Part shown: positions 17,965 to 31,176 of the stretch, in pieces
Position numbering within the stretch: position 1 is the stretch's first letter
Layout of the letters: each line of letters opens with the position of its first letter
DNA from: Nemertoderma westbladi
Lineage: Eukaryota > Animalia > Xenacoelomorpha
Length of the DNA: 64,000 nucleotides
Direction of reading: 5' to 3'
Assembly: GCA_032718475.1 (NCBI GenBank)
Contig: JAUCBJ010004851.1
Coordinates: 1 to 64,000 of the forward strand
The notes under the pieces: generated by a model
The model's database searches: none
The model's input: only the letters and a program-made list of their open reading frames with translations
Told to the model about the DNA's origin: nothing
Position numbers and translations under genes: made by a program

Positions 17965-20900
17965 GGGTGAGTGAGGGAGACTTGAGAGTTATAATCGCTC
18001 TAAATAACATATAAATAAATTTTTCAATGCCGTTTTAACTTTTTCACATTACATTTATGATTGCTACTGTATCATTATGTGAGAGTTTGAGATTTTCAAC
18101 TCTTAAACTTTTTTTATTAAACCAATTATTCGTATTTTCGAAAAAGCGTCAAGTCTCCCTCAATGGGGGGAGACTTGACACCTAGGGTGGGAGACTTGAA
18201 CCCCACCTCGCATACTTGTAAATTCGTTCAAAAATGCAGAGGAAGTGTAATAATTACATGTTCAACATGTCTATTTTCTAGTAGAGCAAAAAAAATTCAA
18301 AAAATGCGATTGTTAAATTCTTAAAATATTAATCCAAAATTTTATACAAATTTAGGTGGTCGTTCACATGGTTCTCCCAACTTAACTACTACTACTAGGT
18401 CGAGCGAACTCGGACAGTGGAAATGAGATCCTTCCAGGCTTCCCGATTCTCCATAGTTGTCGCAATTTCGTTTCTCCCAAGTTCAGTATCCCTTTCAAGT
18501 TGATCTATATATGTTACGGCCGGTCGTCCACGACTACGCTTTCCATGAGTTGGTTGCCAGAAAAGTAGATCTGGTATGACCTCGTCTTTACTTCGCCAGC
18601 AGTGCCCACTGAATCTTAATCTGCTTTCATGGAGGGTGGTTGATACAGGTGGTATTGTACCATAAAGCTCGGCATTTGTCATGTGTTGTCTCCAGTTGAT
18701 GTTTAGGGCTGCCCTTAGTAGTCTTGTGTAGCAACCATCAATTCATTGTTCAAGTGATTTAGTCAGTGTCCAGGTCTCACCCCCGTATAAAAATACACTT
18801 TCCACTGTGGCTCGAAAGAACTTAGTCTTCAGGTGCCTGGAGAGATCTGATTTCCAGATGGTATTCATTTTTGATAGAGCTACCCAAGCCTTTGCTTTCC
18901 TAACTTCTATGTCCTTTTTGCTACTCTCTATCCATGATCCAAGGTACTGGAAGTCGTCAACCTTCCTTAGTTGATTATTGTCAATGGTTGTCAAGTTTCC
19001 ATCACCATTAAAGGTCATGGATTCGGTCTTGGTAGCATTTATATGCATTCCAACCTCCTTAGCAGCCCTCTTCACTTTATTTAGTAGAAGCTGTGCATCT
19101 GCTAGGGTATTAGAGAGCAGGGCGATGTCATCCGCAAAGTCGGTGTCTGTGACTGTAGTTTCCGGATATCTACTACTTCTGCGTTCTTGAAGTGTGAATG
19201 CCAGGTCTTCACCCTTTGTGGCTGTCCTCATTGCGTAATCCAGCACAATTACAAATAGTAATGGTAATAATGTGTCACCTTGCAGTACGCCAGCCAGGAT
19301 TGAGAAAAACCCAGTTTCATCATCTGGTGAGAGTACCTGCGCTTCTGTGTCACAATATAACAATCCAATGCCAGCAACAATTACTTCTGGTATTCCATAA
19401 GCTCTTAGGATTTCAAGCATTTTACCTCTATGGATGGAGTCGAATGCCTTCTTGAAGTCCACAAAAGTCATGACTGCGGGGAGATTCTTTGACTTAATTC
19501 CTTCAATCAGTCTCCGTAGTGCAAGTATCTGAGCTATTGTTGATCTACTTGGTCGAAATCCGTTTTGGCTCTTACGCAGTAGTTTCTCTATGTGAGGCCT
19601 AATCCTATATAGAATCATTTTATTCTATATTTTGGCAGCTACCACAAGCAGACAGATCCCACGATAGTTTGTTGGTATGCCGAGGTCTCCTTTCTTGGGG
19701 AGAGGCTTTAGTTGACCTTTAGTCCAAATTGGTGGTGGCTTTTCCCCTTTTAACATCCGGTTGCAAACATTCAATAATGGTCTATTTAGCACTCCGGTTT
19801 TCCATACCTCCGCTGGGATTTCATCTAATCCACTCGCTTTATTATTGGACATGCTTTTAATGCTTCTTTGGAGTTCGGCAGGTGTGAAGTCCCCTGTTTC
19901 TACTGTATAGGTAGTGTCTTGTCATATATTTTCCTTGTAGGGCTGACCTCGATGTTTGGTGGCTGCCCAAGCAAGTTGCTGAAGTGAATTTTCCACTTCC
20001 CAACACGTTCTTCAGGACTATCGGCTTTGAGGCGCCCCTTTGCACAACTTTTCCGACCAGATACCTCATTTACAGTTTGCCAGGTAAGTCTTGATTGTTG
20101 CTGTATGTGAGCAGTTGTAATTGCTTCAGTTTTATCCTGTATGTACTTTTCCTGGCTGATGTTGTAGGCCAATTTAAGATCGTCCTTAGCTTTCTCAACC
20201 TTGTTAATGTTTTCGGTTGTTCGGTTTTAACTTTGTAGGCTATCTTAAGATCTTCTCTCTTACAAGTAACCTCAGAGTTTTGCCATGGCACATACTGTTT
20301 TCGTTTAGGTTTCTGGGGGATATGCCTCTTAGCTGATTACTTGTGGGCTGTTATTATATTCTGGTATATTGAATCGGTGGATTGGTCTTCATCCATTGAC
20401 TGAAGTGCTTCAAAGCGGTTTTGAACTTCTACTGTATAAGCATCCTTTACAGCATTGTCAGTTCTGAGTTTCTCTCAGTCATAGTTGATTTGCTTGCTTG
20501 TCCTGGGTTTGCTGGATCTCAAGCTGAGTCTGATCTCTGCAGTCACAATTCTGTGGTCCGAACCAATTAGGTTGAACGAGCTGTATGCCTCGCAGTTGAT
20601 CATGCTATTTCTCCACCTTTTGTTTATAAGGATGTAATCCAGTTGTGCTTTGGTTCCATTAGGGTATTGAAAGGTCCATAGCTTCCCCTTACTCGTGTTG
20701 TTTGTTGGTATCAATTCACATTCTTCCATTAGGTTTAAAAGTAAGTACCCATTTCTGTTAGAACTGGTGTTGTAGGTGTAACCCTTGATGTCTTCTGGGC
20801 CAATTTGCGCATTCAGGTCACCAGCAATGACTTTAACATTGTATTTCGGGATGTCCTTAATAAGTCCAGTCAGTTCTTCATAAAACTTGACTGCTTGTTC

Positions 20901-22748
20901 TGGCTCTGATGCATTGGTTGGACTGTAGCAACATATAACTGTTGTCTTGGGATTCCCATCAAATGTTGCGATCATAACCCTGGAATTTATAGATTCGATG
21001 TTGTTTAGGGTCTTAAGTGCAAATGGGCTTAGCAGAATTCCTACTCCACCAATTGATGCATTGGCCGAGTTTCTTACTGCTGAGCTTGTTACTAACGTCC
21101 ATCCATTTCCAATGTCATTGTACTTCATGGCAGTGTCTTCATGACAAATCCGATGTTCTTGGATGCAGATGATGTCGATGTTATATTCCATTGCCAGAGC
21201 AACCATGTCACCCTGTTTGCTGTGCTTTCAGCGTGCGTGCGTTCATTGTAGCAATCTTTAGTGTCTTTTTACATTTCAACAGGTTGGTTCTTCTTTCTTC
21301 TCTGTCTTCTGTTCCAGTAGCCAATTTATCGACCCCAGCCTGGTGTACCACTGAGGGACGCGGTCCTTGTTGACCCGGGCGACGACCGAGCCGGTATTTC
21401 TCCTGGAGGGTTCTCATACTCATATCTTTCAGTTGCGGGAGTAAACTGCTTGTGGTCGCAACTCCTACAAGCGTCTTCGCAGTAGGTCGCCGTTGGTTGA
21501 TTACCTTCCGCCGACCTTGTCAGCATGTCTAGCCGTTGGTTGATTACCTTCCGCCTATCCATGGCCTACAGCCCAGCTGCCGACTGTAGGGGTCCATTTG
21601 TTACACCCTGAACCAAGTGTGCCTCCTGGGTTAGGTTACCTAACACTGGTAGAGGAGCATCCAGTATAGACAGGGCGGGGCGTGTATCATCTCTAATGCA
21701 GATGCGGAAGCCTTTGCCTTCAATGGTGCCCTAGGCGCTATAGCCCTCAATGACTTATTTAGTTGACGGGGCTGAACCAACCCACTCTTGATCAACTAAA
21801 TAATGAATAGGCTATGCTTATCGGGCCTGCCCTACTGGGCTGACAGCTACAGGTAGTACCACATTACTGCCATAGTGGTAGCAGGATCTGGGGACCTGAC
21901 CTGACCTGATACAGCTTTAGGTGGTCGTTCACATGGTTCTCCCAACAAGAACTGAATAAATAATAGTTCATTAAAATTGCATTAAAATTTAACGCGGGAA
22001 GGTACTTTTTATTAATGAATATCTTGTATAATTTTCAATCCAGGCATATATTAATTATTTTCCTGTAATTCTATTGATGTGTGCCGCTTTCTGACGAAGT
22101 GGCATCTTGTTTAACCTGTCAATCACCCAGTTGGCGGGCTACTAACTACATTGCAAAGAAGGAAGGAAGAGTTGGTTGGCTTGGCTGGGTATATCAAGGC
22201 CTCTCTCTCTCTCTCCCTGGCCACTCCATTGTATTCACATTACATTGATAGATTGGTCTGTGTAAGTGCCGCTCAACTAGTTGGAGTGCTCTGGTGTAAT
22301 GGTTCTCTACGTGGGTGTATCTCTAGGTAGACGTCAGCATTGAAGGCTTCAAGTCTCCCTCACATTCGGGCGTCATGTCTCCCCACATGGGTTTTTTTGA
22401 TATTAATTGATATAATTTCAAAATGGCTGAACCAAAACTGGAAAACAATATATGGCAGTATAATGCAATAATTAGTCAACACATGCTGTGAATTACAATT
22501 AACATACAGTAAAATAAGGATGCGATATTTCATTCGTTGTAAAGGGCAAAAATTTACTTTTGAACCCAGAAAACGTCTATTGACAATAAAACAAAAAATA
22601 ACCAAAAGGTAATAAAACACTGTTTCGCGGGTGTAGCCAACATGTATTTTACACATTTTTGTGTGGTATTGTTAAATAATTTACAATAGTTTTTGAATTA
22701 TTAAAAAAAATCAAGTCTCCCCTAAAGTCAAGTCTCCCTCACTCACCC
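17965..22748. mobile_element. Non-autonomous Tc1/mariner(pogo)-like TIR element with TA duplication, interrupted by an RTE LINE
   Basis: TA|GGGTGAGTGAGGGAGACTTGA ... TCAAGTCTCCCTCACTCACCC|TA; internal GGGAGACTTGA subterminal repeats. Confidence 0.8.
18382..21915 (-). mobile_element. Apparently full-length RTE-clade LINE (AP endonuclease + RT), frameshifted
   Basis: APE motifs (IATMNARTL, ICIQEHR, AGDLNA, QLDYIL, SDHR); RT motifs (GVLQGDTL, DFADDIALL); RTE C-terminus (RLRFSGHCWR...RGRP); (TAG)n 3' tail; 31-bp TSD at 18351-18381 / 21916-21946. Confidence 0.92.
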
Positions 22749-23482
22749 TAATGTTAAATGTGCCAGCTGGAATTACTGTGACGTCATACACATTAAACAG
22801 ACAAACACTACATTTTAAAATGATTTTTCCCATGCTAACTAAAAAAACGTGTTTTATACAAAAAAACAACCCTCACCCCCCAACACTCGATTTAGGGCAC
22901 TGTAAGAAACGTTTTATTAACCCAGATGGTGGGGTGGGGGGGGGGGGGGAACTTTTGACCAAATTTACCCACCCACAGGGGAAAATCAACTCAAATATCA
23001 GCTGATTACTCCCAAAATTAAAACTGTAACCTGTTCTATTGACTTTCATTTATTGTGTTGGTTATAATAACATGTCACTGTAACCTGCATCTTTCACTTT
23101 ATTGATAATTTAACATTGGGTTGAGATATTAATTCGTTAAGATGGGATTTGCGTCAAGTTAAGAACACTCTTAAAAAATCAATTTCCATTTTTGTTGCTC
23201 TTTGGCCTTCCCCACGTTGGCTGAACACAAGATATATATAAATATATGCAATGTTGAATGTTTAATGTGATGGTGCTGTCATGTAATGTTTAATGTTGCA
23301 ATACGGAGTTAGAGTTGTTTTAATAAAAATCGAATGAGAGGGTACCCCACCCCCCCCCCCCCCCCCCAAAAAAAAAAAAATCAGCATCCCTGAAAACAAT
23401 AATAACCTGAAAATCAATGTATTTATTTTATCAGTTACAAATATAGTGCAGTACAAATACAACAATTTTATTACCGGTAACT

Positions 23483-25077
23483 TTAAGATTTATGAACAGA
23501 ATTTAAATGGGTGTTTAGATTCCCTTTATGATTGAATTCTTTACTACAATAACCGCACTTATGTTTTATATCCTTATGTATAGAGTCGAAATGTTGTTTT
23601 AGTACGGCTTTTGTAGCAAATGATTTTCCACAATGAAAACAGTTGTACTTGATATCTTTATGAAAGTAGTTCACATGGGTGTTTAGACTTCTTTGCTGGC
23701 TGAATTCTTTATTACAATAAACGCACTTATGTTTTATATCTTTGTGAGCGGATTCGATATGTTGTTTTAGTTGGTATTTTCTATCAAATGATTTTCCACA
23801 ATCAAAACAGTTGTACTTGATATCTTTATGAAAGTAGTTCACATGGGTGTTTAGACTACCTTGCTGGTTGAATTCTTTATTACAATAACCGCACTTATAT
23901 TTGATATCTTTATGTATAGAATCGACATGTTTTTTTATTTCGGATTTTGTAGCAAATGATTTTCCACAATTGGAGCAGCTATACTTGATGATACCTTTGT
24001 GGAAAAAGTCAACATGGGTGTTTAGATTCCTTTGCTGACAGAATTCTTTATTACAATAATCGCAGCTTTGTTTGATATCCTTATGTATAGAGTCGACATG
24101 TCGGTTTAGTGCGGCTTTTGTAGCAAATGATTTTCCACAATCGGAGCAGCTATACTTGATGATACCTTTGTGGAAAAAGTTAACATGGGTGTTTAGATTC
24201 CTTTGCTGACAGAATTCTTTATTACAATAACCGCAATTATGTTTGATATCCTTATGTATAGAGTCGACATGTCGGTTTAGTTCGGCCTTTGAAGGAAATG
24301 ATTTTACACAATCGGAGCAGCTATACTTGATGATACCTTTGTGGGCAAAGTCAACATGGGTGTTTAGATTCCTTTGTTGACAGAATTCTTTACGACAATA
24401 AACGCACTTATGTTTGATATCCTTATGTATAGAGTCGACATGTCGGTTTAGTTCGGCCTTTGAAGCAAATGATTTTACACAATCGGAGCAGCTATACTTG
24501 ATGATACCTTTGTGGGCAAAGTTAACGTGAGTGTTTAGACTTATTTGCTGGCTGAATTCTTTATTACAATAATCGCATTTATACTTATTCTTGACGTCTT
24601 TATGAACGGATTCTATATGTCTCTCTAAATTTCCTTTGTTATTAAATAATTCGTCGCCATGCAAACAGGAACTTGTGTCTGAAGAAGATACCAACTCCCC
24701 AACAGTTTCATTAGAACTACCTGACTCTGTTGTTGTACAACTGATTGTCGGTTCCGTATCTTCAGCTCCAATAGGCCTACCATACGAACAGTCTGGATTG
24801 TTGTTTTCCCGTTTTTCAACAATAAAAGAATCTCCAGATTGTTCATAAGAAATATCTTCGTCATCTAGTACAGGGACAACATCTACTCTACCAAACAAAT
24901 TGTTGTGATCTTCGATGGGAGATGATCCGTAAACGCATTACCTTGTTTAACATCAAGATAATAGGGGGTGGAGTCTGTTGGTTCTTTCTTTATGATTATA
25001 AAGTCAGTTTGTTCTTTCTTTATAACTATATCGGCGCCAGACGATTTCACTTTCAATAAATTAATATGTTGATCCAT
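23483..25077 (-). CDS. C2H2 zinc-finger protein, two exons (25077-24942 and 24864-23483), ~505 aa, 13 intact fingers plus 1 degenerate finger
   Basis: Tandem CxxC-x12-H-x4-H fingers. A 77-bp phase-1 intron (CAAG|GTAATG ... CCCTGTACTAG|AT, 24941-24865) joins the IKKE-motif N-terminal ORF in frame to the finger ORF. Confidence 0.85.
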
Positions 25078-25969
25078 TATGAATAAATATTAATCACTAC
25101 ATTAAATAGAGTTTACAGTATTTCAAGCTATCTCTAGCCTCATTCTTAACATAAATAGTTGATATAAGGGCGTTCCAAAGTTGCCTGTAGCCCAACGGAA
25201 TTGGGTAGCTTATAGTGACAGTGACAAGCAAATGGAACCAAAAGAAAATTATCAATACATCAATATGCACTATCCACTTAGAGTAGTTAGTTTGAATTAT
25301 GGATGGAACTGACCACCAAACGGAGTAATTTGGAGATTCGTAGGACTGAGCGATGATGCAAAAACATGCAACTTTAGAAAGCCAACATCTCAGCAATTTA
25401 ATCCAATGTTTTCACAGAGTTCAAAAATATTACTCACCCACACTAAAATAGTAACAACACCCGGTTTCATTAAACGGTTATAACAAAAGGTTCATACCGG
25501 TATGTGACAGGGAAGTGAATACATTGAAACGAAGTCAGGGCTCCAGGGCCAAACCAGCAAACGGTAATTGAAAATATATAAAGAAAATATATAATTGATT
25601 TTAAATATGATTCTTAACATTTTTACGTCAGCCAGCCGATCTCCTTAATCCAGGTATTGTTTGGTAGATTTATATTTTTCTATAAATATATAATAATAAT
25701 AAGAAGACCGGTACAAGACTGACATTAACTTCTGAACTAATCAGGTACCAGTACGGTTCTAAATTACAGGTTTAAGGTTATTTACTAAATATGTTATTAG
25801 TATTGGCGATTCATTTAAAGCCACAGTGTGCTCGGATGTACTGGGAACTAAGTACGGTCGCGGATGTATGAAACTACAAAAGTTCCTATGCAACAAACTT
25901 CGCCCGCGTGTAATATTCGCCAGACAAACTGTTTTGGAACTTAATAATTAACTACCTATACCTAATACT

Positions 25970-26700
25970 TAAGGGTACGTGAATTCCAGACTGTATAACT
26001 GTCAGTTTAGCTCTGTTTATAAGACAATCTGTCCGTCTGTCTGTCGAAATTTAGGAAAGGACAGTACCTCGCTTATATTTTAGTTATGTTGAAATTTAGG
26101 AAAGGACACGACCTCGCTAACATTTTAGTTAAAGGGGTTTTCCTTGTCGGTGATTCCATTTCTGAGGTTAGCATTGAAATATAATAGCTTTGTGTTGGTC
26201 TGCATACGTGATGGTCTGTCCGTCAAAACATAACAGACAGACAAACAGCCAGATAGACCACCTACAATGCTTTAACCGTTAGAACAGACATCAGAAATGG
26301 AATCATAGACCAGGAAAACCTCTACAACACCATTTTTAGTTGAGTAACGTATTTCATTCATTATTTTTGACTGACAGACAGGCATACAGACTGACAGACA
26401 TGCGTCATGCTGTCATGCAGGCAGGCAGAAAGAGAGACAATCAAGAATGCATGAAACATTAAAACTGACATTAGTAATGTGATCACTAGGGGCCTAAACA
26501 GGAAAAATCCTAGCTAAAATTGTACAATGCATGTGTTTCATTAATTTTGTCAGACTAACGGACTGACGACAGGCAGATAGACCAGACAGCTATAACTCAA
26601 GAACTAAAAGAGATCTCGCTATGACGTTTTCAGTTTTGAAATCAACCTTAAATTTTGATCCAGAATTTGTAAAAATATGATGATTTTTTTTCAATTTGTA
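25970..26700. repeat. Degenerate non-autonomous DNA-transposon-like repeat related to the interior of the 15622-16392 element
   Basis: Shared motifs GGGGTTTTC...GATTCCATTTC and CAGACAG...ATAACTC(G/A)AGAA.TAAAAGAG...GTTTTCAG.TTTGAAA. Similar pieces lie at ~55710-56080 and ~57485-57530. Boundaries are uncertain. Confidence 0.45.
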
Positions 26701-28289
26701 TCACAAACATGCGCCATTAAATAATAACTAAAAGTTATCCTATTTCTGTATTTAATTGTACATGATCATATTATACAAAAATCTATTATGCCGATGTACT
26801 TACTGTTAATATTACATAACTAAAATCTGCAATTTGGGTACCTCGGTCCGCGGACCAGAAGGCAGTACAGTATAATGCCATTATGAAACTGTGACCTGTT
26901 CTATGACACCCATTCATTGTTTTGGTTATAGTTACAAGCCTCTGTAAGAGTAAACCTGCTCCGGGATAGGCTAATTAGCAGGCAAACATTGCCTGCGGGC
27001 GATGGGCGAAGGTGTTGCCAGGCTGCACCCAACGCCAACACTAAAAGTTGCTATCGCAGCGGGATAAACTATAAAGTTACTGTCAATCATGTTACACAAC
27101 AAATGAGAGATTGTGGACGTTCTAAGTTAGGAAAACAACAATGAATAAAAATTATCAGCAGGCTGGCAGGATATTTATTTTATTTATTTTATATTTATTT
27201 ATTTTTTATATTTATTCATTGCTTAGTATCAGAAAGCCAAAATCTGTAAATGTACTCCTATGAAATCATACAGACACAGGGAAAACACTGCAAACCTTCG
27301 GTAAAGCAGTGAAAAATTGATCAGCTGGAAAAAAAGGATAGTGCTGAGCATTGACTGATTGAGCTGCACCCTGATTAAATTACTATTAATCAGTCAGTCA
27401 GTTAGCAACTACCGGTAAGGAAAGCTACAATGATAGCTTTCTTTCAATTTCTTTCTTTACAATGACATTCAATAGTCCCAGGTCCAGTAGTAACCAAAAT
27501 AATAAACATGATTTGGTGATTTGTGCGTTTAAACTGCAGGATACGTTATTGCTGTATTGCCCATTGCCTAGCACCTATTTCAACTAAACCGCAGACTAAC
27601 TCCTTACAGCCTTACTGCCTTAAGCTGTTCGTTCGAAGTGGTAATGTAATCTGTTGCTATTCAATGAACGGAATTCTAGTGCTGATGTGGAGTCGGAGGT
27701 GGTAGACTGGTAGGTCTACATACATACATTATCTGTATCAGTGTATATCGGAATTCCGATATATTCGTTCTGATGGACTGGCGCTGGGCTGGTCGCAAAG
27801 CTCTAGCGGTACCGGTCAGCAGGTCAGGGGCGGTCACCTTAACATGCGAAACACTCCCGGTAAACCCGCCCAACTATAGGCCTAGTTTAAGTTTAACCTT
27901 TGCCTTTCTTATTTTCATGAAACGTAACATGCAAGCAACCGTACATTCGGACAGACATAGGGCAGATACACTACAGCACTAGTTGCCAGTACTGCAGTAG
28001 GCTTACTTCAGTACTTGACCGGTACTTCTGTTCCGCAGCATGCCGATCCTACTGTAGTATCAGTAGGCCTATGTAGCAGTGTAGGCCTAGCTGCCTAGTA
28101 GGAGTAGGTTGAGAGGCCTATGGATGGTAATTGACAAGAACGGCCCCTAGTGAAAATTTACCCATACCCTTTTTCCTTTCCCCATAGCTAAAAACATGAA
28201 AATGGCCCTGAAAAGGGTACTTAATAATATAAATGGCAATTAAGTCAAATATGTGACTCAATTACAAAGATGATATATAAGCGAATAAC

Positions 28290-28452
28290 ACTGGGCTCGG
28301 ACGCAACCTGTGACCGCCTTGCAGAGAAATATCTCAGTCTAAAGAGTCTCTCTGGGCGCGGCCTCAACTTGTGACCCCCCTGTAGAGAAATATCTCAGTC
28401 TAAAGAGACTCTCCGGGCTCGGACTGAATCTGTGACACCCCTGTAGAGAAAT
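28290..28452. repeat. ~61-bp tandem repeat, about 2.7 copies
   Basis: CTGGGCTCGG...TGTGACC...TG(C/T)AGAGAAATATCTCAGTCTAAAGAG repeated. Confidence 0.7.
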
Positions 28453-29199
28453 ACAGTACAGGCCACCAGAAAAAGCAGATTTCATCAAATGTTATCACAT
28501 GTGAACACATTTGGTCAAGAAGTCATCTGAATGGCAGGTCAATACATTAATTCAATGGCGAGTTATCTTCTAGAGCACACAGCAGGAGGCTGACTTGCTG
28601 GGACCGACAAAAAGCTTTGTGTGCGGTGCGCCTGAATGTCTGATATCAGGTAGATGATGAGAGAGCCCCCAGGGCGTTACATTGCAGACATGGGCTGTAT
28701 TGGTAGAGAGAACTACATACTGTACAAGACACATGGAGGTTCATGGAGTGTACGGGAGTGGATGGGTAGGCCTATATGGATGGAGGAGCCTAGACCATTG
28801 AATAATTAATTTAGTGCAGGTAGATGTCGCGCCATTAGTCTGACACCAAGAGGGCACAGATAAAGACCAGAAGATGCCTTAACATCACTAACTATAGGCC
28901 TACTAGACACTATTAACCGCACACTATAAAGGTAAACAAATCCTTATCGCATTTCAGCTGCGGTGAGTGACAGTTCGCGGCAAACTACAGAGAGATCCAG
29001 ATTACTAAGCGTTTCAAAAGTATTCAAATGTTTCCTTTGGCGAAAACAATTTTGGTTGTTGCCAATTCAATTATGTTCAATTATGTTCAATTGTCCCGTT
29101 CAACAACATTACTGTACATTACTCTGGTACACATTTGATAAAATGTGTTCATATTTGTACAGATCTGCGTTTTCTGGTGGCTTGTACTGTATCTCAGTT

Positions 29200-31176
29200 G
29201 AATGTTAATGATAATCCGCTCCCATTATTCGTATAAACTTCACATTATTATCCGAATTTCCACAATTAGTCTCTCTCTTGTTGCGATCCCGGGATCGTTT
29301 CTGCAGTCCATTTAATAATGTATTGGGCAGAGTACGACAGGAACTTGGGCAAAGGTAATGGTGACACATCAAAATGGACAGCTATTACAGTAGCTGTACA
29401 GCTTGAGTTAGCTGTTTGTAACATCCCAAGGTACCATCAGGAATGAGATCGACCCACACAGACGATGCTAGAACCCACAAGACAAGATTGTGCGATGGCA
29501 CCTGAAGACCACCACGTGACAAGGTGTTGAGGAAAATGATGTCTGCATGTACAGGTTCACCAGAGTTGTCTGGTTCTGGAATCTTGCGTAGTAGATAACC
29601 TGCCACATAAGCAGTGGCCTGACGTTCTTCTTCCATAACAGTAGGATGATACAGATGATCTATATGGGCCAAAGACTCTACTGACAAAGGACTCTCACAA
29701 GAGGGACATATCTTTGAGTGTTCTGGGGCTAGCATTAACTGGGGGATTTCTTCGAGGCGAGGAAGCAGAACTAAGTGGAGCAAGAAGCTAAGCTAAGCAG
29801 AATGAAGCTAACAGACCCTGGCTTCGCCCTCCTGCTTACTACGTCCTTGACTATCATATAGAAGTTGGACCCAGTTAGAAGAACGTGCGTGAAACCGCTA
29901 TCCAGTAGGTGAACGGCCAAGCCTGAAAGACCATGAGTGTCTGTAGTTAGAGACAGCCTTCGACCACGACCAATACTAAGGGCATCTCCTGTATCTCACA
30001 AGCCATAGACTCCAGAGTAGTCAGGGCAAGACAAGTTGTAGAAGTAATCACTTGTCTGAAACAGTCTTTGAACCTCACAGACTCACCAACCGACTTCACA
30101 TTTACCAATTTCCACCAGTTAAGGTAGAACTCAATGACTTCCGCAGTACCACTGCATACTCGAATGGACAGAGCAGCGACTACCTTGTCGCTAAAAACAC
30201 TAACGACATGATTGACATTCTGACGTTGGATCTTTGTTGGCGTAACGGATGCCTTCGTTAGAGCTGTTATCCCCAAGACAGATTCCATCTCCTGGTTGTA
30301 TAAGTCAGAGATATCGCTCCAATTACCCACTGCTTCTCCAACTTGGAGTTGTTGGTTTTTTCAGTCACCTACAGTAGAATGGATTAAATCAATTATTTAT
30401 ATAAAAATTTATTTAAAAAAAATAAATTAATATAAAAAAAATAGTAGTTTAAATTAATAATGTGGTATTATAAGGTATTGTATATGATGAAGTTTATGTA
30501 ATATTTTCCGAAAATTTGTAAACAATTTTAGCATTATATATTATTATTTATTAAATATTACCAGGGGCGCAGCCACGTTCCCAAAAGTGGGGGGGACGAT
30601 AAAATTATTTTAGGTCCTGCATTACTCCCCCCCCCCCCCCACACAATGTTTTTCTACAAATCTTAATGAGATTGTATGAAATTTGAAACATCGATAGTTT
30701 GTCAGAATCTTCATTTTCGCTTTCCTTCTTTAGCTACAAGCGTTTGAAAAAGTGTTTAAAAGATAGAAATAGCGCTAAATAATACTTAATAGGCCTAATG
30801 AGAAATTAAAAAAGTCCAAATTCTTCAGATATACAATTACAATAAAATTTCGACCGAAAAGTTAAAACCTGTATTACCGGTATTATTAAATTCTCACCAA
30901 GTTTTTCGAATACACTTCAAGATATATACCGAGTCGAAAATTAAAAAGAGCGACCGACCAGCCAAAGAGGATGAGGAACTCTCCATGGATGTCATTCATC
31001 ATATCCAGGGAATAGAGAAAATAATTTATCATTATTAAATTATTAAATTATAATAAGTTATCACAGATGATAGCAGCCACTTCACCTCCATGCTCGTGAA
31101 TACATTTCATAGATTCCATGACGCGGTCGTACAAATACTCTCATGTTAAAGAGTGAACAGGTGTCATCTGTACCAT
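29200..31176 (-). pseudogene. P-element/THAP9-like transposase, central and C-terminal remnants
   Basis: HGGEVAAIICDN (~31100-31055); WSDISDLY...LTKASVTPTKIQRQNVNHVVSVFSDKVVAAL...WWKLVNVK; AYVAGYLLRK...LSRGGLQVPS. Multiple frameshifts and an AT-rich insertion at ~30375-31050. Confidence 0.75.

Noticed and set aside
27500-28000. Short ORFs and GC boxes suggesting a gene start
   Set aside because: No coding signature or splice structure that can be supported from the sequence alone.
30562-30640. hAT-like terminus CAGGGGCGCAGCC
   Set aside because: No matching second terminus or TSD was found, so the element could not be delimited.
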